Source of the DNA: Alphaproteobacteria bacterium
Lineage (GTDB): Bacteria > Pseudomonadota > Alphaproteobacteria > JAAXGF01
Assembly (NCBI GenBank): GCA_963555825.3
Contig: CAUVXB020000001.1
Coordinates: forward strand, 1,888,001-1,952,000
Length of the DNA stretch: 64,000 nucleotides
Direction: 5' to 3'
Position numbers and translations under genes: made by a program. This document shows, piece by piece, positions 1 through 10,059 of this stretch. The notes beneath the pieces were generated by a model, which saw only the letters and a list, made by a program, of their open reading frames with translations, was not told the origin of the DNA and did no database searches. How positions within the stretch are numbered: position 1 is the stretch's first letter; the number at the start of each line of letters is the position of its first letter.

Positions 1-1
1 A

Positions 2-742
2 AAAACCTACAACCCGGGGGACACGTTCAAGGATTGTGACATTTGTCCCGAGATGGTGGTGATCCCGGCCGGCAGTTTTATGATGGGATCACCTTCCTAT
101 GAGGAAGGGCGCGACAACGACGAAGGCCCTCAGCATCGTGTGACGATCCACCAGCCCTTTGCGGTCAGCAAGTACGAGATTACGTTCAGGCAGTGGGATG
201 CTTGCCTCGCACTCGGAGGGTGCAATGGCTACTGGCCTGACGATAAAGGCTGGGGTAGGAGTAATCGCCCGGTGATCAACGTAAGCTGGAACGATGTACA
301 AGCGTATCTTCTTTGGCTAAGCCGAACCATTGGGACCCAGTATCGGCTCTTGAGCGAAGTGGAATGGGAGTACGTGACGCGTGCGGATACGACGACACCA
401 TTTCACTTCGGCTCGACGATCAGCGCCGACCAGGTGAACTACATGAACGTCCACGGCGAACATAAGACGGTGCCCGTGGGCAGTTTTCCGTCCAATGCCT
501 TTGGTCTTAATGACGTGCACGGCAATGTATTCGAATGGGTTGGGGATTGTTGGAACAACTCGTATGCGCGGGCGCCCAGCGATGGTGCGGTGTGGACGAG
601 GGGAGAATGCGGCAAGCGTGTGTTGCGCGGCGGCTCGTGGAGCAGCGAACCGACGCGCGTGCGCTCAGCGTATCGCCTCAGGGACGGGACAGCCATCCGG
701 AGCTTCAACTACGGGTTCCGAGTTGCGAGAACGCTGCCATAA
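2..742 (+). CDS. Formylglycine-generating enzyme (SUMF1/FGE-sulfatase) domain protein, 5'-truncated by window edge
   Basis: Frame is open from position 2 (KTYNPGDTFKDCDICPEMVVIPAGSFMMGS). Typical motifs PVINVSW, RLLSEVEWEY, NAFGLNDVHGNVFEW, RGGSW, GFRVAR. Confidence 0.9.
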   Translation, partial: KTYNPGDTFKDCDICPEMVVIPAGSFMMGSPSYEEGRDNDEGPQHRVTIHQPFAVSKYEITFRQWDACLALGGCNGYWPDDKGWGRSNRPVINVSWNDVQAYLLWLSRTIGTQYRLLSEVEWEYVTRADTTTPFHFGSTISADQVNYMNVHGEHKTVPVGSFPSNAFGLNDVHGNVFEWVGDCWNNSYARAPSDGAVWTRGECGKRVLRGGSWSSEPTRVRSAYRLRDGTAIRSFNYGFRVARTLP

Positions 743-796
743 GACGGCTCAAGCAGCGTAGAAAATCACCCCCAGAAACGAATTTGAAGTGGACCT

Positions 797-1096
797 ATGA
801 CGGATACCCTCACCTCCCTACTCGACCACGACCTCAGCGACGACTGCCCCATCTGCAGGGCGCAAGACGTTATCCAGATCGCCCTCCTCCCCGCCGCTGC
901 AGCCTGGGAACTCAACAACGAACTCCCGCGCTTCTCCATCGCCCTTCACGGCGCGGCGGAACTCCTGGGGGCCATGCTCCTGGAGGGCGTGGAACGCAGC
1001 GACATCGACGCGGCGCTCGCGCGACTGCTCGACGACATCGAGGCGCGCATCGCGGAGGATCAGGTGATGGGCGGCCCGCCGAAGGGGAGCGCATAA
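797..1096 (+). CDS. Small hypothetical protein with CxxC motif
   Basis: 99 aa ORF with host-like GC3 codon usage and DDCPICRAQD motif. Confidence 0.7.
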   Translation: MTDTLTSLLDHDLSDDCPICRAQDVIQIALLPAAAAWELNNELPRFSIALHGAAELLGAMLLEGVERSDIDAALARLLDDIEARIAEDQVMGGPPKGSA

Positions 1097-1307
1097 CAAC
1101 GGGCGCGGCGAGGCCGGCCGATCGGCGGCGCGCGGCAACGCCGCGCATGTGACGCATGTTTGGTCTCGCGGGTGCCGCCGCATCCGAATTGAGAACGGCA
1201 GAGCAATAATCCCCCACTGAAGCGGCCGGTCGATCCGACTGCGGCGGACCAAAATGGGACCGCGTATAGCCTTCTGTCAGGGTTGCTCTGACTGGAAGGC
1301 GGGGGGG

Positions 1308-2807
1308 ATGTATCGGGTGGAGTTGTACGCACGGGTTCGGCGGGCGTGTCATGTCGAGGGGATGAGCACCCGCGAGGCCTCGCGGGTGTTTGGTGTAGAC
1401 CGCAAGACGGTCCGTAAGATGCTGTCGTTCTCGGTGCCGCCAGGGTATCGCCGAAGCGCGCCGCCGAGGCGGCCAAAGCTGGGTCCGTTCACGGGAATCA
1501 TCGATCGGATCTTGGAAGACGATCGGACCAGCCACCGCAAGCAACGGCACACTGCGAAGCGCATCTTCGACCGCCTCCGGGACGAGTACGGTTTCACGGG
1601 CGGCTACACCATCGTGAAGGACTACGTTCGTGAGCAGGGGCTTCGGTCGCGTGAGGTGTTCGTGCCACTCTCCCATTCCCCCGGTCACGCCCAGGCGGAC
1701 TTCGGCGAAGCGATGGCGGTGATCGGCGGCGCGTTACGGAAGATCCACTTCCTTGCCTTCGACCTTCCCCACAGTGATGGTTGCTTTGTTGCGGCCTATC
1801 CGGCGGAGACGACCGAAGCATTCTGCGATGGCCACAACGCGGCGTTTGCCTTCTTCGGCGGCGTCCCCCGATCCATCCTGTACGACAACACCAAGCTGGC
1901 GGTTGCCCGGATCCTGGGCGATGGGAAGCGGCAGCGAACGCGCGTCTTCACGGAGCTTCAGTCCCACTATCTGTTCGAGGACAGGTTCGGCCGGCCGGGC
2001 AAGGGCAACGACAAGGGCAAGGTCGAGGGACTGGTCGGCTTCATCCGGCGGAACTTCCTGGTCCCCGTCCCGCGTGCCGAGAGCTTCGCGGCCCTCAACG
2101 ATGCTCTCGCCGAACAGTGCCGCCGGCGCCAGGCGGCGCGGCTGCGGGGCCACAAGGAGACCATCGGCGAGCGTCTCGAGCGGGATCGTCAAGTTCTCTT
2201 GCCATTGCCGCCTGCTCCCTATGATGCCTGCGATAAGCGCCCTGGACGGGCGAGTTCGCTGTCGCTGGTGCGTTACCGCAGCAACGACTATTCCGTGCCC
2301 GTGGCCTACGGCCACCGTGAGGTGCTCATCCGGGGCTACGTCGATGAGGTGGTGATCAGCTGCGGGGCCGAGGTGATCGCCCGGCACCGCCGGTCCTACG
2401 ACAGCGAGGACCTGATCTTCGACCCGCTGCATTACCTGCCCTTGATCGAGCAGAAGATCGGCGCCCTCGACCAGGCCGCGCCATTGGCGGGCTGGGACCT
2501 GCCCGAGGCCTTCATCACTCTGCGGCGGCTCCTCGAAGCTCGTATGGGCAAGGCAGGCAAGCGCGAGTACGTCCAGGTGCTCCGTCTACTGGAGACCTTC
2601 CGGCTCGAGGAGGTCGAGGGTGCGGTCGGCGACGCCCTGCGGCTCGGCGCAATCGGCTTTGATGCGGTGAAGCACCTGGTACTGTGCCGCATCGAGCGGC
2701 GGCCGCCCAGGCTCAACCTCGACGTCTATCCGTATCTGCCGCGCGCCCGGGTCGCGATGACGTCCGCCAAGTCGTACATGAGCCTGCTGTCGGGGCTCGG
2801 CGCATGA
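1308..2807 (+). CDS. istA: IS21 transposase IstA
   Basis: N-terminal HTH (VDRKTVRKML), QADFG, YDNTK, GNDKGKVEGLV (DDE) motifs. ATG at 1308 after a G-rich RBS. Confidence 0.95.
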   Translation: MYRVELYARVRRACHVEGMSTREASRVFGVDRKTVRKMLSFSVPPGYRRSAPPRRPKLGPFTGIIDRILEDDRTSHRKQRHTAKRIFDRLRDEYGFTGGYTIVKDYVREQGLRSREVFVPLSHSPGHAQADFGEAMAVIGGALRKIHFLAFDLPHSDGCFVAAYPAETTEAFCDGHNAAFAFFGGVPRSILYDNTKLAVARILGDGKRQRTRVFTELQSHYLFEDRFGRPGKGNDKGKVEGLVGFIRRNFLVPVPRAESFAALNDALAEQCRRRQAARLRGHKETIGERLERDRQVLLPLPPAPYDACDKRPGRASSLSLVRYRSNDYSVPVAYGHREVLIRGYVDEVVISCGAEVIARHRRSYDSEDLIFDPLHYLPLIEQKIGALDQAAPLAGWDLPEAFITLRRLLEARMGKAGKREYVQVLRLLETFRLEEVEGAVGDALRLGAIGFDAVKHLVLCRIERRPPRLNLDVYPYLPRARVAMTSAKSYMSLLSGLGA

Positions 2808-3568
2808 CCGACACACCGCAAGTGCTGCTCGCCCACCACCTCAAGACGCTGAAGCTGCCGACCTTCCTGCGCGAGTACGACAAGATCGCCCGGCAGTGCG
2901 CCTCGGAAGGCGTCGATCACGTCCGCTACCTGTTGAGACTCGCCGAGCTCGAGCTGATCGACCGCGAGCGCCGCATGGTCGAGCGGCGCATCAAGGCGGC
3001 GCGCTTCCCCGTGGTCAAGAGCCTCGACAGCTTCGACTTCAAGGTCATCCCCTCGCTCAACAAGGCGCTGGTCCTGGAGCTGGCCCGCTGCGAGTACATC
3101 GAGCGCCGCGAGAACCTCATCGCGCTCGGCAACAGTGGGACCGGCAAGACCCACATCGCCCTCGGTCTCGGCCTGGCGGCCTGCCAGAAGGGCCTCTCGG
3201 TCGGCTTCATCACCGCCGCCGCGCTGGTCCACGAACTCATCGAGGCCCGCGATGACAAGCAGCTGCTGAGGTTCCAGAAGAAGCTCGCCACCTACAAGCT
3301 TCTGATCGTCGACGAACTCGGCTTCGTGCCGCTGTCGAAGACCGGCGCCGAGCTGTTGTTCGAGGTGTTCAGCCAACGCTACGAGCGGGGCTCGACCCTG
3401 GTCACCACCAATCTGCCCTTCGACGAATGGACCGAGGTGTTCGGCTCCGAGCGCCTCACCGGCGCGCTCCTCGATCGCCTCACCCACCACGTCAACATCC
3501 TCGAGATGAACGGTGACAGCTACAGGCTCAACCAGAGCCGCAGGCGTCAAACCCCGACTGCTAACTGA
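2804..3568 (+). CDS. istB: IS21 AAA+ helper ATPase IstB
   Basis: Walker A GNSGTGKT, Walker B LLIVDELG, ALLDRLTHH. ATGA overlap with istA stop. Confidence 0.95.
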   Translation: MTDTPQVLLAHHLKTLKLPTFLREYDKIARQCASEGVDHVRYLLRLAELELIDRERRMVERRIKAARFPVVKSLDSFDFKVIPSLNKALVLELARCEYIERRENLIALGNSGTGKTHIALGLGLAACQKGLSVGFITAAALVHELIEARDDKQLLRFQKKLATYKLLIVDELGFVPLSKTGAELLFEVFSQRYERGSTLVTTNLPFDEWTEVFGSERLTGALLDRLTHHVNILEMNGDSYRLNQSRRRQTPTAN

Positions 3569-4116
3569 ACCGACCACCCAGCCCACGCTTGACCCCGTGG
3601 GCCCACAGGTCCCTCCCGCGCGCGCCGCCGCGTCAGCCTGTTGAGGGCACGCCGCGTCGCGCGCGGGGCCCTCCCGTGGACTACGGGGACAAGCCCGCAG
3701 CCGCCAAGCGGTCCCTTCTTACACCGCCGAGGTGGTCCCTTTTTGCTCCGCCATTGACACCGAATTACAAACCGGCGGCGCCGCGCCGACCGAGGGCGCC
3801 CGACGCGCGGCGCGCGCGATACTCTCGTTGTCACCGCGCGAGACGGGCGATCCAACCTGCGGGGTAATACCGGCGGTCATCATGAGTAACTCATTATGAC
3901 CGCCGGCAAGCGCGACCGCGCGCCGCCGCCTATGCGGCGTGAGGCTGCGTGCCGATTGAGCGCCCATCGGTCATTCTTAATGACCGATGGCATAAGTCGC
4001 CGATAGGGATGAATAATGGTGCCCCGGGGCCGCTCCCTCCGGGGGATTTTTTGCCTCAAAGCCCTCCCCCCCCCCCCCGGAGGGCTTTGCCGGCCATGCG
4101 GCCGACCGGCAAAAAA

Positions 4117-4192
<76 letters not shown>

Positions 4193-4256
4193 CTCGCTCT
4201 GGACCCCGGCTTATACAGGGAAAACTTCGCCGCTGTCCAGCGCGCGTGGCGCGCGG

Positions 4257-4466
4257 TCAATCGGTCTCCGAATCGTCGTCGAAAATCAGCCCGCGGGCGT
4301 GGTCGCCCGGGATCGCGTAGCGGCCCCCGAGCCAGCCGGCGAGGTCGTCGTCGGCGCAGTGGCGCGAGCAGAACGGCGCGTACTCCGCCGCCATCGGGTG
4401 GCCGCACATCGGGCAGCGGGCCTTGCCTGATTGGCTCGCTCGGGTGGGGTTGTCGCGTGTCGCCAT
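4257..4466 (-). CDS. yacG: DNA gyrase inhibitor YacG
   Basis: CPMC...PFCSRHC...DLAGWLGGRYAIPG zinc finger. Usual position after maf/rng. Confidence 0.9.
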   Translation of the reverse strand: MATRDNPTRASQSGKARCPMCGHPMAAEYAPFCSRHCADDDLAGWLGGRYAIPGDHARGLIFDDDSETD

Positions 4467-4470
4467 GGGC

Positions 4471-5913
4471 TCAACCGTATACCACGTCGTGGCCCTCGCG
4501 CGCGAGGGCGGTGTCGGCCCGAAGCTCGACCTCACGGCCGGTCGCATCGCCCAAGGCGGCGATCGCGCGGTTGCCCGGCCGCGCGAGTTCGGCTTCGATC
4601 TCGGGTGCGACGGCGAGCGTGATCCGGCCGGGCGCCGCGTGCAGCGCGTCGCGCGCCACCCGGCGGACGATGTCGAGCGCCACCGTCTCGGCCGATTTCA
4701 AGCCGTGGCGGGCGCCGCACTTGGGACAGGGCGCGCCGATCGTCTCGATGAGCGTCGGGCGCTCGCGCCGGCGCGTCATCTCGACCAGGCCGAGGTGGGT
4801 GAAGCCGCCCGGCGGCGCCGCGGCGCGGTCGCCGGCGAGCGCCGCGCGCAGCGCGTCGAGCACTTGGCTCTGCTGGTCGTCGCGTTTCAAATGGGCAAAG
4901 TCGATGACGATCAGCCCGCCAATCGCGCGCAGCCGCAACTGGCGGGGGATCTCCTCGGCCGCTTCGAGATTGACGTGCAACAGCGCCTCGCCGCCGCCGC
5001 TGGCGCCGCGCGTGTCGACATCGACGGCCGTGAGCGCCTCGGTTTCGTCGATCACCAGCCGGCCGCCCGACGGCAGCGCGACGGTTCGACCGAGTGCCTC
5101 CTCGAGCGCCGCCTCGACGCCGAATCGCTCGAAGATCGGCGCATCCTCGCGGTAGGCCTGGAGCGTGTCCGACAGCTCGGACAGCAGCTCGGCACAAAAC
5201 CGTCGGACATCGGTCAGGACGGCGACCGAATCGACGTGGACTTGCGCCAACCCGGCGTCGCCGTGATCGCGCAGGCAGCGCAGCACCGGATCGAGGTCGC
5301 GCTGCAGCAGCGCCGGCGCCTGGGCGCCCCTGCGCCGCGATTGGATCGCTGTCCAACGGGCGCGCAACAATGCCGCCTCGCGCGCAAATTCGGCGGCCTC
5401 GACATCGGCGGCCGCGGTGCGCACGATGTAGCCTTCGCCCGGTTCTGCGAGGCCGCCGACGATCTCGCCGAGCCGCGCGCGCAGCGCCTCGTCCTCGATG
5501 CGCCGCGAGATGCTGACCCGCCCCTGCCCCGGTGCCAGCACGAGCCGGCGGCCGGCGAACATCGGCCGCATGGTCAGCCGCGCGCCCTTGTCGCCAGCGG
5601 CGTCGCGCTGGACCTGGACGAGCACCGCCTCGCCCTCATGGACCAGCGCGCCGATCGGCTGCGTCGGGCTATCCGGGTCGGTCCGCGCATCGGCGCCGTT
5701 GAGGAAGCCGTCTCGCCCGGCGCCGATGTCGACGAAGGCGGCCTGAATGCCGGCGACGATACGCACCACGCGGCCGAGATAGACGTTGCCGACCAGGCTC
5801 TCGTTGCCGGCGCGGTGGTGCAGCACCTCGACGGTACGGTCGCCCGAAAGCAGCGCGATCCGCGTCTCGCCCGGCGAGACGTTGACGACGCAGGTATCCG
5901 CGGCCCCGGTCAT
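4471..5913 (-). CDS. rng: Rne/Rng family ribonuclease (RNase G-like)
   Basis: S1 domain (GNVYLGRV, AAFVDIG), LPSGGRLVIDETEALTAVDV, RLRAIGGLIVIDF, GLVEMTRRR, CPKC. Confidence 0.85.
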   Translation of the reverse strand: MTGAADTCVVNVSPGETRIALLSGDRTVEVLHHRAGNESLVGNVYLGRVVRIVAGIQAAFVDIGAGRDGFLNGADARTDPDSPTQPIGALVHEGEAVLVQVQRDAAGDKGARLTMRPMFAGRRLVLAPGQGRVSISRRIEDEALRARLGEIVGGLAEPGEGYIVRTAAADVEAAEFAREAALLRARWTAIQSRRRGAQAPALLQRDLDPVLRCLRDHGDAGLAQVHVDSVAVLTDVRRFCAELLSELSDTLQAYREDAPIFERFGVEAALEEALGRTVALPSGGRLVIDETEALTAVDVDTRGASGGGEALLHVNLEAAEEIPRQLRLRAIGGLIVIDFAHLKRDDQQSQVLDALRAALAGDRAAAPPGGFTHLGLVEMTRRRERPTLIETIGAPCPKCGARHGLKSAETVALDIVRRVARDALHAAPGRITLAVAPEIEAELARPGNRAIAALGDATGREVELRADTALAREGHDVVYG

Positions 5914-6509
5914 GTCACGACAGGCCGGACACCGGCGGCGGCGAGCAGCGCCGCGGCCTCGACGGCCGGCAGGCCGACGACGCCGGTGTAGGAACCGTTG
6001 ATCCAGCGCACCAGCGCCGCGGCGCGCCCCTGGATGGCGTAGCCGCCGGCCTTGCCCTGCCACTCGCCGCTCACCAGGTAGTCGTCGATCTCGCGCCGGT
6101 CGAGCCGTTTGAACATGACCCGCGTGGCGACCAGCCGGCTGTGCTCGGTACCGCCCGCGTCGATCACGCAGATGCCGCTGTAGACCGTATGGCGGCGCCC
6201 CGAGAGCATATCGAGACAGCGCCTGGCGGCCTCGTCATCCTCGGCCTTGGGCAGGATGCGCCGGCCGCAGGCGACGACGGTGTCGGCGCCGAGCACGACC
6301 GAGCCGGCGTGTCGCGCGGCGACCGTGCGCGCCTTCTCACACGCGAGCCGAATTGCGAGCCGGCGCGGCGTTTCTTGCGGACGCGGGGTTTCGTTGGGGC
6401 CGGCCGGATCGACGAGATCGGGCTCATACCCGATCTGGCCGAGGATCGCGAGCCGGCGCGGCGATGCCGAGGCCAGGACGAAGCGCGGGACGCTTTGGCC
6501 GTCTGGCAT
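5910..6509 (-). CDS. maf: Maf family nucleoside triphosphate pyrophosphatase
   Basis: LASASPRR, GADTVV, LSGRRH, GKAGGYAIQG, GSYTGVVGLP. Confidence 0.95.
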   Translation of the reverse strand: MPDGQSVPRFVLASASPRRLAILGQIGYEPDLVDPAGPNETPRPQETPRRLAIRLACEKARTVAARHAGSVVLGADTVVACGRRILPKAEDDEAARRCLDMLSGRRHTVYSGICVIDAGGTEHSRLVATRVMFKRLDRREIDDYLVSGEWQGKAGGYAIQGRAAALVRWINGSYTGVVGLPAVEAAALLAAAGVRPVVT

Positions 6510-6521
6510 GGCGCAGCGGAC

Positions 6522-6740
6522 TTACTTGTAGCGGAAGGTGATCCGGCCCTTGGTCAGATCATAGGGCGTCAACTCGACGGTCACGCGATCGCCGGCGAGC
6601 ACGCGAATACGGTGCTTGCGCATTTTGCCGGCGGTATGGGCAAGAATTTCGTGGTCGTTGTCGAGCTTGACGCGGAACATCGCGTTGGGCAGTCGTTCGG
6701 TCACAACGCCCGGAAATTCGAGTACGTCTTCTTTGGCCAT
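6522..6740 (-). CDS. infA: Translation initiation factor IF-1
   Basis: [13 protein letters not shown]...LPNAMFRV...[12 protein letters not shown]. Confidence 0.98.
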   Translation of the reverse strand: MAKEDVLEFPGVVTERLPNAMFRVKLDNDHEILAHTAGKMRKHRIRVLAGDRVTVELTPYDLTKGRITFRYK

Positions 6741-6833
6741 GGCTCCTCGGCTAAGTGTTGGGCTGGCAGGAACATGATGAGAAACGCGTGCTGCGTCAAG
6801 GTGTTTGGCGCTTTCCGTGGTTGCGCGTCGTGC

Positions 6834-7277
6834 TCAAACGACGGGCGGCGGGGCCGGCGTGAAGCGCTCCTTGATGCGCTTCATGAGCTGATCGCGCACC
6901 TGGCGGTAGGCGTCCAGTCGGGTCTCGCGGTTGCCTTCGACGATCGACGGGTCGAAGGTCGCCCAGAACTCGACCTCGCAGGCCATGGTGCGGGTCATTT
7001 CGATGGCGCGGTGCTGGGCAGCGGGCGCCAGCGTGATGACCAGATCGTAGCTGTCGTCATCGAGGTCGTCGAAGGTCTTCGGGTAATGGCGGCTGAGATC
7101 GATGCCGATCTCGTCCATCACGGCGACCGTGAAGGGGTCGACCTCCTGCTTCCGGACGCCGACCGAATCGACGTAGACTTGGCGGCCGAACAGGAATTTC
7201 ATGATGCCCTCGGCCATCGGCGAGCGCACCGAGTTCATGCCGCAGGCGAACAGCACGGCATGGGGGAGATCGCCCAT
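6834..7277 (-). CDS. Low-molecular-weight phosphatase / ArsC-like family protein
   Basis: VLFACGMNSVRSPMAE P-loop. Conserved synteny with UPF0262. Confidence 0.9.
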   Translation of the reverse strand: MGDLPHAVLFACGMNSVRSPMAEGIMKFLFGRQVYVDSVGVRKQEVDPFTVAVMDEIGIDLSRHYPKTFDDLDDDSYDLVITLAPAAQHRAIEMTRTMACEVEFWATFDPSIVEGNRETRLDAYRQVRDQLMKRIKERFTPAPPPVV

Positions 7278-7281
7278 CGCC

Positions 7282-7555
7282 TTAACCCGGCGTTCTGACC
7301 ATGGACAGGCGCGTCTTCGCGTCGGGCGGTCGCCGAGCCGCTAGGAGAAGGCCGCGGAGCGTAGCCTGGGCTACGGTCAAGGCCTTCGACGACGCGCACG
7401 CCCCGCCCGGCGCGACCCGAAGGGCGGCGGATCTCGAACGACAGGCCGCGTCAAAACGCTTGCCCGATGCGCAAGCATCGCGCTGCACGCCTTTCCTAGC
7501 CTGTCGTCCGATATCCGCCGTGCCGCACCTGTCCATGGTCAGAACTCCGGGCTAA
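7282..7555. mobile_element. MITE-like element (about 270 bp) with 28-bp terminal inverted repeats
   Basis: TTAACCCGGCGTTCTGACCATGGACAGG (7282-7309) matches the reverse complement of 7528-7555 at 26/28 positions. TA at both ends. Confidence 0.8.
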
Positions 7556-8040
7556 CCGCGGATGTGCAGGACGCACAGCAGGGTGAACAGCCGGCGCGCG
7601 GTGGGAAAGTCGATGTCCACCTTGTCGGCCAGCCGTTCGCGCAACAGCTCCGAGCCCTCGTCGTGCAGGCCTCGGCGTCCCATGTCGATGGCCTCGATGC
7701 GTGACGGGCTGGCGGTTTTGATCGCCTCGAAGTAGCTCTCGCAGACCGTGAAGTAGTCCTTGATCAGGCGCCTGAACGGCGTGATCGGCAGCGGCAATTT
7801 GTCGAGCGGCGCGTCTTCGGTGTCGTTGATCTCGAGGATCAGCCGCCCCTCCTCGATCGAGAGGCGCAGGTGGTACGGACCGTCGCCGCAGCGCTTGGGC
7901 GCGAAGTGGTTGTCTTCCAGGAGATCGAAGATGGCGACGCGGCGCTCGTGCTCGATCTCGGGATTGCGGCGGACGACCGTGCGCTCGTCGAGCGTCAGGT
8001 CGACGATCTTGTGGCTGTCGTTAGCCGCCGCTTCGGCCAC
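7552..8040 (-). CDS. UPF0262 family protein
   Basis: EHERRVAIFDLLEDN, IEAIDMGRRGLHDEG, TARRLFTL. Confidence 0.92.
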   Translation of the reverse strand: MAEAAANDSHKIVDLTLDERTVVRRNPEIEHERRVAIFDLLEDNHFAPKRCGDGPYHLRLSIEEGRLILEINDTEDAPLDKLPLPITPFRRLIKDYFTVCESYFEAIKTASPSRIEAIDMGRRGLHDEGSELLRERLADKVDIDFPTARRLFTLLCVLHIRG

Positions 8041-8045
8041 CGCGC

Positions 8046-9350
8046 CTAGTCCTTGCTTTCCAGGCCGAGGCGAAGCGCGACCGAGCGCGCGTGCGCGCCG
8101 AGCCCCTCGGCCTCGGCGAGCCTGATCGCGGCGGGACCGACACGGGCAAGGCTCGCGGCGTCGCAGCCGATGATCGAGCTGCGCTTGAGAAAATTGTGCA
8201 CCGACAGGCCCGACGAAAAACGCGCGCCGCGCTCGGTGGGCAGCACGTGGTTCGGGCCGGCGACGTAATCACCGATCGCCTCGGGCGTATAGCGGCCAAG
8301 GAAGATGGCGCCCGCATGCCTTACCTTGGCGGCGAGCGCGTCAGGCTCGGCGACGGCGAGCGCGAGGTGCTCGGGCGCCAAGCGATCGATCAAGGGCGCC
8401 GCGTCGGTGATGCGTGCGACGCACAGGATCGCGCCGTTGTCGCGCCAGCTCGCGCGTGCGATGTCGGCGCGTTCGAGCCCGTCCAGCTGGCGATCGACCG
8501 CGGCCTCGACGGCGTCGGCGAGGGCCGTGTCATCGGTGATCAGGATCGACCGCGCCGCGCTGTCGTGCTCGGCTTGCGCCAGGAGGTCGGCGGCGATCCA
8601 TTCGGGATCGTTGGCGGTGTCCGCGACGACGACGATCTCCGACGGCCCGGCGATGGCGTCGATGCCGACGACGCCGAAGAGCTGGCGCTTGGCCGCCGCG
8701 ACATAAGCGTTGCCGGGCCCGACGATCACATCGACCGCATCGACCGCCGCGGTGCCCAGCGCGAGCGCGGCGATTGCCTGCGCACCGCCGACGCGCAGGA
8801 TGCGATCGATCCCGGCGAGGCGCGCCGCGGCCAGCGCCGCCGGGTTGAGCGTACCGCCGGGCGTCGGCATCGCCATGACGATGCGGCCGACGCCGGCGAC
8901 CTTGGCGGGCAGCACGGTCATCAACACCGAGGACGGGTAGGCCGCCGTGCCGCCCGGCACGTAGACGCCCGCGGCGTCGACCGGCGTCCAACGCGCGCCG
9001 AGGCGCAGGCCGGCCTCGTCGCGATAGTCGATATCTTCCGGCATTTGGCGGCGGTGATGATCCTCGATGCGCCGCGCGGCGAATTCGAGGGCGGCCACGG
9101 TATCGGCCGGACAGTCGTCCGCCGCGGCATCGATCTCGTCGGCGCCGATGAACAATCGATCGGCGTCCAGCTCGACCCGATCGAAGCGCCGCGTCAGCTC
9201 GATCAGCGCGGCGTCGCCGCGTTTGCGTACGTCGTCGATGATCTCGGCCACAACGCCGGCGACGTCCGCGTCGCGCCCGCGCGCCGTCGTGACGATGGCC
9301 GCGAACGCCGCTTCGAAACCGGTGTCGCCGGCGTCCAGCCTACGCGCCAT
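8046..9350 (-). CDS. hisD: Histidinol dehydrogenase
   Basis: [56 protein letters not shown]. Confidence 0.97.
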   Translation of the reverse strand: MARRLDAGDTGFEAAFAAIVTTARGRDADVAGVVAEIIDDVRKRGDAALIELTRRFDRVELDADRLFIGADEIDAAADDCPADTVAALEFAARRIEDHHRRQMPEDIDYRDEAGLRLGARWTPVDAAGVYVPGGTAAYPSSVLMTVLPAKVAGVGRIVMAMPTPGGTLNPAALAAARLAGIDRILRVGGAQAIAALALGTAAVDAVDVIVGPGNAYVAAAKRQLFGVVGIDAIAGPSEIVVVADTANDPEWIAADLLAQAEHDSAARSILITDDTALADAVEAAVDRQLDGLERADIARASWRDNGAILCVARITDAAPLIDRLAPEHLALAVAEPDALAAKVRHAGAIFLGRYTPEAIGDYVAGPNHVLPTERGARFSSGLSVHNFLKRSSIIGCDAASLARVGPAAIRLAEAEGLGAHARSVALRLGLESKD

Positions 9351-10044
9351 CGATGACCTGCCGGAGCCGCTCGATCCAGCCACCGATCGCCTCGGGGCGT
9401 GTCTTCAACGCGGCCCGGTTGACGATCAGGCAGGCGGTGACGTCGGCGATATGCTCAACCTCGACGAGGCCGTTGGCGGCAAGCGTCTCGCCAGTCGCGA
9501 CCAGATCGACGATGCGCCGGCACAAGCCGAGCGACGGCGCGAGTTCCATCGCCCCCGACAGCTTGACGCATTCGGCCTGTACGCCGCGCGCGGCAAAATG
9601 GCGCTGCGTGATGACCGGGTACTTGGTCGCGACCCGAACATGGCTCCAACGCGCCGGATCATCGTCGGGCGCCATTTCGGCCGGCTCGGCGACGACCAGG
9701 CGGCAGCGCGCGACACCGAGGTCGAGCGGCGCGTATATTTCCGGATAGTCGAACTCCATCAACACGTCACGCCCGGCGATGCCGAGCTGGGCGGCGCCGA
9801 AGGCGACGAAGGTCGCGACATCGAAACTGCGCACGCGAACGATCGAGATATGCGCGTGGTTGGTGGCGAAGCGCAGTTGGCGGGCATCAGCGTCGTCGAA
9901 GGCCGCCTCCGGCGTGATACCGGCACGCGCCAGGAGCGGCATGACCTGGTCGGTCACGCGGCCCTTGGGCACGGCGATGACAAGGCGGTCGGTCGACGCG
10001 GCGGACACCGCCTCGTTGCCGGATGTGGGGACTGGCTCGGGCAT
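9340..10044 (-). CDS. hisG: ATP phosphoribosyltransferase (short form)
   Basis: [33 protein letters not shown]. Confidence 0.96.
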   Translation of the reverse strand: MPEPVPTSGNEAVSAASTDRLVIAVPKGRVTDQVMPLLARAGITPEAAFDDADARQLRFATNHAHISIVRVRSFDVATFVAFGAAQLGIAGRDVLMEFDYPEIYAPLDLGVARCRLVVAEPAEMAPDDDPARWSHVRVATKYPVITQRHFAARGVQAECVKLSGAMELAPSLGLCRRIVDLVATGETLAANGLVEVEHIADVTACLIVNRAALKTRPEAIGGWIERLRQVIDGA

Positions 10045-10059
10045 GAGACGGATCGGCCG

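Larger units (their letters stand above)
1190..3759 (+). mobile_element. IS21-family insertion sequence
   Basis: Ends TGAGAACGGCAGAGCAA (1190) and TTGCTCCGCCATTGACA (3759) form an imperfect IR with TG...CA termini. 6-bp target duplication CCGAAT at 1184-1189 and 3760-3765. Carries istA-istB. Confidence 0.95.

Noticed and set aside
2-742. FGE (CLec-fold) gene as a DGR target
   Set aside because: No second copy of its 3' region and no reverse transcriptase were seen in this window; sequence upstream of the window cannot be assessed.
3870-3906. Palindrome as a dif (XerCD) site
   Set aside because: It does not fit the 11-6-11 bp dif geometry or arm consensus.
1-4116. Integrative island at the tRNA-Phe 3' end
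   Set aside because: No integrase and no duplicated tRNA 3' fragment are visible in the window.
7282-7555. Two mirror 84-aa ORFs both ending LSMVRTPG
   Set aside because: By-products of the MITE terminal inverted repeats.
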